Positions 1-10,384 of a stretch of 64,000 nt of DNA are shown here, piece by piece. Both the position numbers and the translations under genes were made by a program. The stretch is taken from assembly GCF_046119375.1 (NCBI RefSeq), contig NW_027362769.1:362576001-362640000 (forward strand), given 5' to 3'. The notes beneath the pieces were generated by a model. That model had not been told where the DNA came from. It did not search any database and was given only the letters and a program-made list of their open reading frames with translations. How positions within the stretch are numbered: position 1 is the stretch's first letter; every line of letters begins with the position of its first letter. This stretch comes from Phyllobates terribilis. Lineage: Eukaryota.

Positions 1-221
1 GGGCCCTGGGGTGGCTACAGGGCATGGAGATCCCGAGTTGGACCTCCGGTAGAGCCACAACCAGACAGGTTTTGCTTCCGAGGTCAGAGGTAGAGCCAAT
101 AGGGAGCACCTAAATAGGTGCAAACTATTTACAAAGTTAGTCTGTCTCCTGGTTAACGTCCACAGGGACAAGTGTTTATAGATAATCCGGGAGGAAAAAA
201 AAGCAACATAATTAAACAAAA

Positions 222-1628
222 TCAGCAACTAGTCCAACAACTGGGAGGTGTATCTTCCGGTGCTGCTTTACAGTGATAGCCCCACTGGGGAAAAGGCTCG
301 TGCTTCCCGACAGAGCCGGACCGGTCCTCTGTTGCCAGGTGCGTGGGGGCATCCTCCTTGAACACCCTATGGACATCCAGGGCATACCATCCACGCTCCC
401 CGTGGTGGCGGGTGTAAGAAACTAAATCACCCGGATAGAGGTTCCGGCCAGGGTGACCCTTCTCCAGCTGTGGCTCGACGTCCCGCCTACTGACAAAGAC
501 GTCTTGGGCAAACTGGGGGCTCCGAATAAAGCCCCATCCCGCCTCCTGGAGGAAGTGTACAATAAGGCCTTCCTCCCGGGAGCTTGGACGGGTGGCCTCT
601 GCCTGGCGGGCCCTTGTTTTGGCGGCTTTGGTGCGCACCTCCAGGCGCTCGCAGTGGATCATCCTCTCCCGCCGCTCCTTGTCGAGTTGGAGGAGCTCCT
701 TCTGATAGAACTCCTCCCTCCTCCGTGCTTCGGCCTTGGCCTCCTGGGGGAAGCCCATCAGGTCCCCCCCCTGGTTGTCCCAGGCCATCTCTTCTGCCGC
801 CGGACAGGCGACTGGAGGCGCGGGCAACGACGACAGCAGGGGTTGCTGCAGGTCCTCAGCTGGAGCGGACCAGTTCGGGTTGGGGTAGGTGGTCTCCCCA
901 GTGGATGCAGGATCCCTTTGACCGGGAGTCGGGAGGCATAGCAGGCCTCCAGCGACGGCGGTGACTTGGGCCTCGGGCTCCGGAGCCAAGAGCTGCTCCC
1001 ACACGACGGCGCCCGGGGTCAGGGGTGCCGGAATAAGATACAGGAGGGCCTCAGTGCGTTTTGAGCCTGGGACAGGGGACTCTTCCTTACCCGTTCCTGG
1101 GCTGCACAAGGCCTCCGGGGCTTCCTCCGTCTGGGCTGCGGCCCTAGTGGACAGGCTTGTAGAGCTCTGGCGGCGGGCCCGGATCTTCCGTAACACCTCC
1201 TCTCTCCACTCTGCAGCGGCCAATCGCTGGGCCTCTTCAACCCTCCGGGCCAGGTCCTGCGTTTCTCCACGGAGGTACTCGGCCTCATCCGGGGTCAGGT
1301 AGATTCCCTCCATTCCAAGAGAGGTGGCAGCTTGTGGGCCAGCGTCGGAGGACTTGGAAGACATCTCCTCGGCTGCGTCCATCTCTGCTGCAGGGTGTGG
1401 TGAGTCTCGGTTTGCAACAGCCGCACCTTGTTGTAACCTTCGTCTCCTCTTCTTTTCAGGGCGGTTCCAAGGCCGCTGGCTGACAGGCACTCCCCAGGAC
1501 GTTCCATCCGTCTTGACGGACACTACCATGCGGACTGTCTCTGTTGAAGGGGGCGGTCGGCTATTTTGGCGCCATTGGGAAGCCAGGCCCACAATGGGAA
1601 GTCTTAGGTTGCTGTTGTTTCTGCACAT
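222..1628 (-). CDS. 468-aa protein: N-terminal helical region, Pro/Ala/Glu-rich linker, charged coiled-coil, C-terminal cold-shock domain (about nt 366-575)
   Basis: Uninterrupted ORF. GLIVHFLQEAGWGFIRSPQFAQDVFVSRRDV...LYPGDLVSY...GERGWYALDV matches the CSD pattern (RNP1-like GWGFI, RNP2-like DVFV, L..GD.V.Y, G..G..A..V). Confidence 0.8.
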   Translation of the reverse strand: MCRNNSNLRLPIVGLASQWRQNSRPPPSTETVRMVVSVKTDGTSWGVPVSQRPWNRPEKKRRRRLQQGAAVANRDSPHPAAEMDAAEEMSSKSSDAGPQAATSLGMEGIYLTPDEAEYLRGETQDLARRVEEAQRLAAAEWREEVLRKIRARRQSSTSLSTRAAAQTEEAPEALCSPGTGKEESPVPGSKRTEALLYLIPAPLTPGAVVWEQLLAPEPEAQVTAVAGGLLCLPTPGQRDPASTGETTYPNPNWSAPAEDLQQPLLSSLPAPPVACPAAEEMAWDNQGGDLMGFPQEAKAEARRREEFYQKELLQLDKERRERMIHCERLEVRTKAAKTRARQAEATRPSSREEGLIVHFLQEAGWGFIRSPQFAQDVFVSRRDVEPQLEKGHPGRNLYPGDLVSYTRHHGERGWYALDVHRVFKEDAPTHLATEDRSGSVGKHEPFPQWGYHCKAAPEDTPPSCWTSC

Positions 1629-1750
1629 AATGGCGTCCGTTCTTCTGGGGCGGGCGCCACATGGAATGTGAAACGACAGTTTGTTGGTGAAAGGCGCACA
1701 GTACCCGGTAGCAATGGGGGTTATCCTCTTCCATTGTTGCGGGAACGCAA

Positions 1751-1768
1751 ATCCTGCCGATTACGCCA
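1751..1768 (-). promoter_or_regulatory. Primer-binding site complementary to tRNA-Ser(AGA)
   Basis: Plus strand ATCCTGCCGATTACGCCA vs vertebrate tRNA-Ser(AGA) 3' end ATCCTGCCGACTACGCCA (17/18), a few bases from the LTR end. Confidence 0.85.
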
Positions 1769-1771
1769 AGT

Positions 1772-2950
1772 TACGACACCCCCCCCTGGGCGATGGGGTA
1801 CCCGGTGCCGGGTCTAAGGTGGTGGTATCGGGATGTCGTCATGGCCGCGACCCGGACCGTGCTCAGGGTTGTCGCATGAAAATAGTGGGCTTTGTTTTTA
1901 GGATGAGTGGTAACTCGACTACGCCACCTGTGGTTCCTGGTGAGGGCCACCAGCACTGCTACAGTCCTCTGAGGCTGATGTACTGGCAGTCAGGTTTGTA
2001 CTACTCCCAACAGGCGGAGCAGGCCTCAGGGCAGTGAGAGAGAGTAGAGTTCTGGAGGTTTGCGGTGTGTGCAGGGCCGCGCAAGAAAGGATAACAAAGG
2101 CCAGGGGTGAAGTCATCCAAGCTTTACTCACGTTTGTTTAGTAGCAGGTGCAAAGCTTCCCTCTGCTTCTCAGAGCGCGCTGCAGCCACCAGGAAGGGGT
2201 TCAGCACACTCCGGGTTATTAAGGTGCACTTGACAGGACCCCTGCACCAGAGTGTTCCTCTCTTTTTTATTGAACTTGAACCGCCTTGTGTCCCCACTAA
2301 GTCACGTACGGGTACTGCAATGTCCTTTAAGGGTAGCTTATAGCTCCCGGACCGACTGGTGGTGGACTGTGGTGTGAACGTGGCGTTAGGCCGGGTCCCT
2401 CTGGATAAACGCAGATTAAGGAATACGGGTGGTGACTCCGCTCCGTCCGTATCCGCCTGGGATCCACTTCAGCCTCCGGACTTCTCGGACAGGGACGTGG
2501 AGTGCAAAGTCAGATAATCGGGGACCGGTACCCCCTCTTGCGGCAGGATCTCTCTCTGCCGGGGCCAGAATGAGGGTAGCAGGTGGCGACTGCGCTCCAT
2601 CCGCACCCCCTGGGATCCTTTCGCCTGTGGAGCTTTTCTCCTCTGCTCCCCTCCTGGGCCTTCTGGTATGGACTAAGATTTAGAACAGAGCTGGCTATAA
2701 CTCAACTCTTCCCCAATCCCCAGTCTCGAGGACTGAGACCGGGAATCACAGAATCCTAGAACAGCTGCAGCTTGTACTGACTAACCACTCCAGGGAACTG
2801 CGACCAAAGACCTGGTTATTAAAATGGCCTCCAAATTTATATGAATCTGTTAAGTGCTTAGAAAAGTGCTTCCTCCACCCTCACTCACTACAAGGTTCCC
2901 CCTTTCTTTGGTTCCCCCCTTACTCCTCCATTCAGGACCGGGGCAGCACA
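1772..2950 (-). repeat. 5' LTR of the CSD element
   Basis: TG start at 2950, minus-strand TATA-like (~2838) and AATAAA (~2266). The U5 end resembles the LTR ends at 29763, 51408, 52250 and 59358. Confidence 0.75.
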
Positions 2951-4437
2951 TTGTGCTTTAACCCCTTAACAACATTTGACGTACTAATACGCGTCTGTGC
3001 CCTGGGACTTAAGAGCCAGACCCGTATTAGTACGTCATGGCGATCGCGCGCGCACACAGGCTGTGCGGGCGCGATCGCCGCAGGGTGTCAGCTGATTGTC
3101 ACAGCTGACATCCGATACTATGCGCAGGGAGCGGTCCTGCACCGCTCCCAGCACATTAACCCCCGCGATGCTGCGATCGAAGTAGATTGAATTCGATCGC
3201 AGCATTGCGGGGGCAAGGGGAGGTGATCGCAGATACTCACCTCCTCTTCCGGCTTCCAGCGCTGTCTGCAAAGGCTTCCCGGGTGTTGCCATGACGACCC
3301 GATGTCGTCATGACAACATCCGGGTCACCAGACAGCAGGAAGATTGTTTGGACATGCGCAGTGCATCTCCAAACAATCTTCTCACTGTGCAGCGCTGACA
3401 GCCTGCATGGCACAGGGATGGTGCTGCATTCCTGTGCCATGCAGGCGATCAGAGAAAAAAGAGTGAAAGTCCCAGAGTGGGACAAAGTAATAAAGTATAT
3501 AAACTTTCAGAAAGTGAAAAAAAAAAAAAATTGCAAAAATATTAAAAAAAAAAATAAAAAAAATAATCCACCAAAAATAAAAATATAATGTACCCATCAA
3601 TAAATATTATTCTAAAAAAAACCCCAAAAAAACAATAAAAGTACACATATTTGGTATCGCCGCGTCCGGAATAACCTGACCTATAAAATTGTCCCACTAG
3701 TTAACCCCTTCAGTGAACACGGTAAAAAAAAAAAAAAAAAAACAAGCAAAAAACAATGCTTTATCACCATACCGCCAAACATAAAATGGAATAACACGCG
3801 ATCAAAAAGACAAATATGAATAAAAATGGTACCGCTGAAAACGACATCTCGTCCCGCAAAAAACAAGCCACCATAAAGCTCCATCAGCCGAAAAATAAAA
3901 AAGTTATAGCTCTCAGAATAAAGCTATGCTAAAAAATATTTTTTTCAATAAAATTGCTTTTATTATGTAAAAGTGCAAAACATAGAAAAACGACATAAAT
4001 GTGGTACCGCTGTAAACGTACTGACCCGAAGAATAAAGCTACCTTATCAATTTTACCACACGCGGAACAGAATAAAAAAAATAAAAAAAACCAATTCCTG
4101 AATTGTTGGTTTTTGTTTATTCTGCCTCCCCAAAATCGGAATAGAAAGCGATCAAAAAATGTCACGTGCCTGAAAATGGCACCAATAACAACATCAACTC
4201 ATCCCGCAAAAAACAAGCCGTCACATGACTGTCTGCCAAAATCTGGAAAAATTATAGTTCTCAAAATATGGCGATGCAAAAACTAGATTTTACAAAAAAT
4301 GCGTCTTTTAGTGTGTGACAGCTGTCAGTCATAAAAACCCCATATGATTCTAGTATTGCTGTAATCACACCGACCCGAAGAATAAAGTTGTCTAATCACT
4401 TATACCGCACGAGGAATGGCGTCAAAAATAAACTCTT

Positions 4438-4594
4438 GGGTTAGGATTGGGCTAGGGTTGGGGCTGGGTTTGGGGTTAGGGTTGTGCTAGGGTTAGGGTT
4501 GTACTAGGGTTAGGGTTGTGTAAGGGTTAGGGTTGTGCTACGGTTAGGGTTGTGCTACGGTTAGGGTTGGGGTTAGGGTTGTGATGGGGTTGGG
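4438..4594 (+). repeat. Degenerate telomere-like (TTAGGG-rich) tract
   Basis: Repeated GGGTTAGGGTT units interspersed with GTGCTA/GGGGCT variants. Confidence 0.8.
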
Positions 4595-4636
4595 ATTTTT
4601 TTCAAAAGTAAGAAAAAAAGATGATGATATGGCGAC

Positions 4637-4937
4637 GAGAGTTGAGCGCAAGTGCTCGCTACTTGAGTTTGCATCGGGTGCTCTGGTATGCATTGAGTAT
4701 CATGGGTATTTGAGTGACATGCTCGAGCCTCTGCCCCATATGCTTCGCGGCCAAAAAAACTTTATGGGGATTGCCTGCCATGCACGAGCGATCCCCGCAT
4801 GTTTTTTTTTGGGTGTCTAATTACCGTGAAACATGCGGAGCAGGGACTCGAGCATGTCACTCGATCACACGTTGTACATGGTGCATACCTGAGTACCCGA
4901 TGCAAACTCAAGTAGCGAGCACTTGCGCTCAAGACTA
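4637..4937. mobile_element. hAT-type MITE (~300 bp)
   Basis: ~50-bp TIRs (GAGAGTTGAGCGCAAGTGCTCGCTACTTGAGTTTGCATCGGG / CCCGATGCAAACTCAAGTAGCGAGCACTTGCGCTCAAGACTA); degenerate 8-bp TSD ATGGCGAC / ATGACAAC. Confidence 0.8.
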
Positions 4938-5039
4938 ATGACAACTTATTCAATATGATGACCTAATGTAAACAAATTCTGTGTCGTACCTCTGGGTTTA
5001 AAATGTTCACTATACACCTTAATAAAATCATTGATGGGT

Positions 5040-6070
5040 ATAGTTTCCAAAATGGGGTCACTTGTGGGGCAGCTCCACTGTTTAGGCACATCAGGGGCTC
5101 TCCAAACGCAACATGGTGTCCGCTAACAATTTGAGCCGACAATTTGAACCCCCATTTTTACGAATCAATTTGTGAAGCACCTGGGGGTTCCAAGTGCTCA
5201 CTATGCATCTAGATAGGTGCCTTGGGGGGTATAGTTTCCAAAATGGGGTCACTTGTGGGGGAGCTCCAATGTTTGGGTACACAGGGGCTCTCCAAACGCA
5301 ACATGGTGTCCGCTAACAATTTGAGCCGATTTTCCATTCAATTTGTTAGCGGATACCATGTTGCATTTGGAGAGTGCCTGTGTGCCCAAACATTGGAGCT
5401 CCCCCACAAGTGACCCCATTTTGGAAACTAGACCCCCCAAGGCACCTATCTAGATGCATAGTGAGCACTTGGAACCCCTAGGTGCTTCACAAATTGATTC
5501 GTAAAAATGAAAAAGTGAAAAAAAAAACACTTTTTCATTTTTACGAATCAGTTTGTGAAGCACCTGGGGGTTCCAAGTGCTCACTATGCATCTAGATAGG
5601 TGCCTTTGGGGGTCTAGTATCCAAAATGGGGTCACTTGTGGGGGAGCTCCAATGCTTGGGCACACAGGGGCTCTCCAAACGCAACATGGTGTCCGCTAAC
5701 AATTTGAGCCGATTTTCCATTCAATTTGTTAGCGGATACCATGTTGCATTTGGAGAGTCGCTGTGTGCCCAAACATTGGAGCTCCCCCACAAGTGACCCC
5801 ATTTTGGAAACTAGACCCCCCAAGGCACCTATCTAGATGCATAGAGAACACTTGAAACCCCTAGGTGCTTCACAAATTGATTCGTAAAAATGAAAAAGTG
5901 AAAAAAAAAACACTTTTTCATTTTTACGAATCAATTTGTGAAGCACCTCAGGGTTCCAAGTGCTCACTATGCATCTAGATAGGTGCCTTGGGGGGTCTAG
6001 TTTCCAAAATGGGGTCACTTTTGGGGGCGCTCCAATGTTTGGGCACACAGGGGCTCTCCAAACACAACAT
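5040..6070. repeat. Array of alternating direct and inverted ~80-100-bp modules (383-bp period)
   Basis: Module B (TAGTTTCCAAAATGGGGTCACTTGTGGGG...CCGCTAAC) and module A (TTTTTACGAATC...GTGCCTTGGGGG) occur as B A B B' A' A B B' A' A B. Confidence 0.85.
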
Positions 6071-7194
6071 GGCGTCCGCTAATTATTCAAGCAAATTTTA
6101 CAATCAAAAAGTCAAATGGCGCTCCTTCCCTTCCGAGCCCTGCCGTGCGCCCAAACAGTGTTTTTTCCCCACATATTGGGTATCTGCGTGCCCAGGGGAA
6201 ATTGCACAACAAATTTTGGGGTCCATTTTTTCTTGTTACCCCTGTGAAAATAAAAAAAATTGGGTCTAAAGTAACATTTTTGTGAAAAAAGTTAAATGTT
6301 CATTTTTTTCTTCCACATTCCAAAAATTCCTGTGAAGCACCTGAAGGGTTAATAAAGTTCTTGTATGTGGTTTTGAGCACCTTGAGGCGTGCAGTTTTTA
6401 GAATGTTGTCACTTTTGGGTATTTTCTGTCATAAAGACCTCTCAAAGTGACTTCAAATGTGATGTGGTCCCTAAAAAAATGGTTTTGTAAATTTTGTTGG
6501 AAAAATGAGAAATCGCTGGTCAACTTTTAACCCTTATAGCTCCCTAACAAAAAAAAATTTGGTTCCAAAATTGTGCTGATGTAAAGTAGACATGTGGGAA
6601 ATGTTATTTATTAACTCTTTTGTGTGACATATCTCTCTGATTTAAGGGCATAAAAATTCAAATTTTGAAAATTGCAAAATTTTCTAAATTTTCACCAAAT
6701 TTCCATTTTTTCACAAATAAACGCAAGTGATATCGAAGAAATTTTACCACGATCATGAAGTACAATATGTCACGAAAAAAACAATCTCAGAATCAGGGGG
6801 ATCCGTTGAAGCGTTCCAGAGAAATTACCTCATAAAGTGACAGTGGTCAGAATTGTAAAAATTGGCCTGGTCATTAACGTGCAAACCACCCTCGGGGCTT
6901 AAGGGGTTAAACCCCCTTCAGAACGGGAGTAGTGTGGTGCTGAGTGTGTAGTGGGTTCCTGAGTGGTGCTCCATCCAGAGGAAATACCACACCCCAGTCT
7001 GAGGTGCAGTACCCCTGTGGCGACTGAACCCTCAGGGGCGTCTGAACCCTCAGGAGAGCCACAGACTGTTCGTGTGGAACCTGTTTGAAATAACAGCCAA
7101 GTCTCTCCTCGCTCAGGCTCCCTATTCTGCCTCTTTCACCCGGTAGACTGTCGAGCATAGGGCACGAGGTCATAGATAGACCGGATGAACATAT

Positions 7195-8542
7195 GTGGCC
7201 AGCCAGTCACTAATGCCACAACCACCTTGGTTACGGGGCATTACAGTGACTGTCACGCAACTCCTCATGATAATTGGCTGCCTAATATGCGCCAAACATG
7301 CGGGGCGGCGACTCAAGCTCCCGCCGAACATTCAAAAGATACTCGCCAGCAACGAGCATCTCGAGCTAGTAACGAATAGTGGAGAGCATGCTGCTCATCT
7401 ACTATATAATTGTCTTATCCCGTCTGTCTGTCTGTCTGTCTATCTGTCTGTCTGTCTGTCTGTCCAGGAAATCCCACGTCGCTCATTGGTCCGGCAGCGG
7501 CCAATCAGCGCCGTGGGATTTCTGAAAAAAGATGGCGGCCGTTAGCGGCTCATCTGCGGGACGGAGCTCAGCGGCGCTGCAGCCGGGAGATGAGTGCCGC
7601 GAGGCGCTCATCTCCCGGCCGGTACCAGCATAAGGACCCCGACCGCCGGACCCATCTGCGGGACGGAGATGCAGCCGGGAGATGAGCGGCGCGAGGCGCT
7701 CATGTCCCAGCCGGTAGCAGTGGAAGGACCGCCGGCGTCGCTGACATCCATGCGGACGGGAGGACCGGGGAGAGGCGCTGCGGGTCGGGATACTTTTGCT
7801 GCGAGCGCCCGCTCATGTCCCGGGTTCTCGCAGCGGAAGTAGCCGCACAGGCAGCGCCGCTCCCCGGTCCTCACCAAGACGATTCAATGATTGGTCGCGG
7901 TCTTCGGACCCGACCAATCACTGATCTTAGCGCAAAAGTTAAATACCGCTGTGCTGATTGGTCGCGGACGCTGCCCGCGACCAATCACCGATTTGGGCAC
8001 CAAATTTAAATATCGTCCGCGACCAATCAGCACAGTAGTGGTTAACTTTAGCCGCAAGATCAGTGATTGGTCGCGAGCCAAGACCGCGACCAATGACCAA
8101 TTTGTGCGGCACATTTAAATAGCGGCCTTCACACCCTTGTCGCATGGATGTCAGCGGTGCTGCCTGTGCGGATAGTTCCGCTGCGAGAACCCGGGACATG
8201 AGCGGGCGCTCGCAGCAGAAGTATCCCGACCCGCAGCTCCGCTCCCCGGTCCTCCCTTCACACCCTAGCCGCTGATGTCCCCACAGTATCCGCATGGTGT
8301 TACAAAGATCCGGACATTTGTGTTAAAAATCGCTGATTGGTCGCTGGTGGTGCCCGCGACCAATAACCGATATTGCCGCCAAATTTAAACACCGCTTTGC
8401 TGATTGGTCGCGGTTGCCTAACGCGACCAATCAGCGATTTGGGCGCCAAATTTAAACACTGTTCTGCTAATTGCGCCCCGTCGGCCGCATACCTATTCTA
8501 GAATACCCGATGCGTTCGAATCGGGCCACCATCTAGTCACTA
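7195..8542. mobile_element. hAT-family terminal fragment whose TIR is split by a Helitron
   Basis: 7195-7397 carries the subterminal motif (CAGTCACTAATGCCACAACCACC...CATTACAGTGA) also seen at ~51335 and ~63905. Removing the Helitron restores GCTCA|TCACTA, the reverse complement of the terminus TAGTGATGAGC. Confidence 0.65.
7398..8536 (+). mobile_element. Non-autonomous Helitron
   Basis: 5' TC after A; 3' hairpin CCCGATGCGTTCGAATCGGG followed by CCACCAT-CTAG then T; no TSD; (TCTG)n microsatellite near the 5' end. Confidence 0.8.
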
Positions 8543-9156
8543 ATAAACTCCACCGACCACAATCTCATGTAATCACCTTTCATCAAACAGTGAAGTAATT
8601 TATTTAGAGAAACAACTAAACTGAATCAATTCCTAAAATAGGAATAAGACTAAAGGAGTCAGAATTTAGGAGCAAAGGCTTAAATAAAAATCACTGAACT
8701 TCCATCTGAAATCACAAGGGCATTGGTGAAAGTGCTACTGAGCTGTGAAGGAGAACCCAGAAGCAGCCCCAGTTTTCTCGCCATATTCGATAGTACCCAG
8801 CCTTCACCTCTACTTGCGCCACCTGCTATTTACCCTGTCACTAGACAGAGACCCGGGCTGTGCAACCAAATGTTGGAGCTTTTGTCTGATACAACTACTT
8901 ACACAAAAATTCCATCAAATCCCTCCTAAAATTCCATCAAATCCCTCCACAGATTACAAAACAACAACCCATGCTATAATAAACGAAGGTTTTGTTTTGG
9001 GGGTTATTACAGCTAAACAAAAAGACTTTCTCATTGTTGAGCATCCCATGTTACCACTTTTATATGGTCTACCCAGACACACAAGGGTATCAATCCCCCC
9101 CCCAATGAGTAATCATTTCTAATATTAATTCTGTTACAGAGCATCTTGGTAACTGG

Positions 9157-10046
9157 ATGGATACATTATTTCAGCCATTAGTGCAGAGATCTGCAGGATT
9201 TCTCAAAGATTCAAGAGACGTTCTGGATCAATTAACAAATATCACATGGTTGGAGGGGTATACATGGTTGGATTGTGATGTAGTGTCTTTGTACACAAGT
9301 ATACCATATGATGTCGCTCTGCAAGCATTGGATTTCCATCTTAATAGATATAGTAATTATACTTTGGATTTAATTATCTTTTGTCTTGTACACAATATCT
9401 CATGACTAATAATTTTTTTATGTACAATCAGGAATTTTATCTCCAATGTAGAGGAGTATCCATGGGATCTAGCTATTCTCCATTGTTAGCAAATATGGCA
9501 ATGTCCCATTGGGAATATGTTGCATTGTACACCTTCGCTAATCCATGGGCTTGTGATGTTTTCTGGTATGGCAGATACATCGATGATTTGATCTTTATCT
9601 GGCGTGGGGATGTGTCTGCCATACCAGAATTCATCAAGTATTTAAATAACAATGAATTTAATCTTTCTTTCACTTACACCTTTGATTCTAAGTGTATATC
9701 ATTTCTTGATCTAAAATTGGAGATTCTTGACGGTTCCATCACTACTTCCACATTTTCCAAGCCCATATCTGGGAATATCATTCTACATGCCAAAAGCGGA
9801 CATCCGCGCCATACTATAAAAGCTATGCCTGTGGGGGAACTGACAAGAATCAAACGTAATTGTAACAATGCAAATAAATTGGATGAAGAATTCATCAGGT
9901 GCAAAAATAAATTGAAATCTAGGGGTTATCCGGATTGGTCTTTAAAGAGAGCAGAAAAAATTGTGGACAGTAAAAATAGACTGGATCTGATTGATCTGTC
10001 TAGGGCAAGGACTAATCGCAATGATATTACAGCACAAAAAAATTGA
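9157..10046 (+). pseudogene. Penelope-type reverse transcriptase (fragmented)
   Basis: DVVSLYTSIP, GVSMGSSYSPLLANMAM, YGRYIDDLIFIW, ISFLDL and thumb region HPRHTIKAMPVGELTRIKRNC, split over frames. Confidence 0.85.
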
Positions 10047-10384
10047 AATGTTATTTCCTTTAGATATAGTTCACAATTTCAACTGATTAAAAATATAATA
10101 CTGAAACATCTTCCTATTTTATATGAGGATACTGTATTATCTAAAATTCTTGATTCTGGAGTTTTGCTGGTGGCAAAAAAAGCGCAAACAATAGGGGGGC
10201 TATTGGTATCTAATCAAATAACCGACAAAAAAGGCATACCAGGCTTAATTGCAAAGGGTTTTACAAGTGTGGTTACACCAGATGCGGCATTTGTCGCTAT
10301 GTAAAACTCACTAAAAACTTCACTAATGCTGATTCTAGTGAAACACACAATATAAAAAGCTATCTGAATTGCAACAGTAATTAT

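Larger units (their letters stand above)
1..2950 (-). mobile_element. LTR retroelement (tRNA-Ser(AGA)-primed) with a single cold-shock-domain ORF; 3' end runs off the window
   Basis: Minus-strand 5' LTR of ~1180 bp (about 1772-2950) starts TGTGCTGCCCC. It is followed by a PBS (1751-1768), one long ORF (222-1628) and a 3'-UTR homologous to the Gypsy 3'-UTRs at ~53565 and ~60875. Confidence 0.8.
2962..6906. mobile_element. Non-autonomous piggyBac-like (TTAA) DNA transposon
   Basis: TTAA at 2958-2961 and 6907-6910; termini CCCCTTAA...TTAAGGGG; AT-rich non-coding interior with internal tandem repeats and no transposase ORF. Confidence 0.7.

Noticed and set aside
1751-1768. tRNA-Ser-like sequences (also 29768, 48199, 59336) as tRNA genes
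   Set aside because: Only the 3' ~18 nt are matched, including CCA, and they sit next to LTR ends, so they are primer-binding sites.
4438-4594. Telomere-like tract as a true chromosome end or fusion site
   Set aside because: Short, degenerate, single orientation, and internal to a TTAA-flanked element.
6907-7173. 88-aa minus-strand ORF as a host exon or TE fragment
   Set aside because: No recognisable motif in any frame I could read, and no clear splice context.
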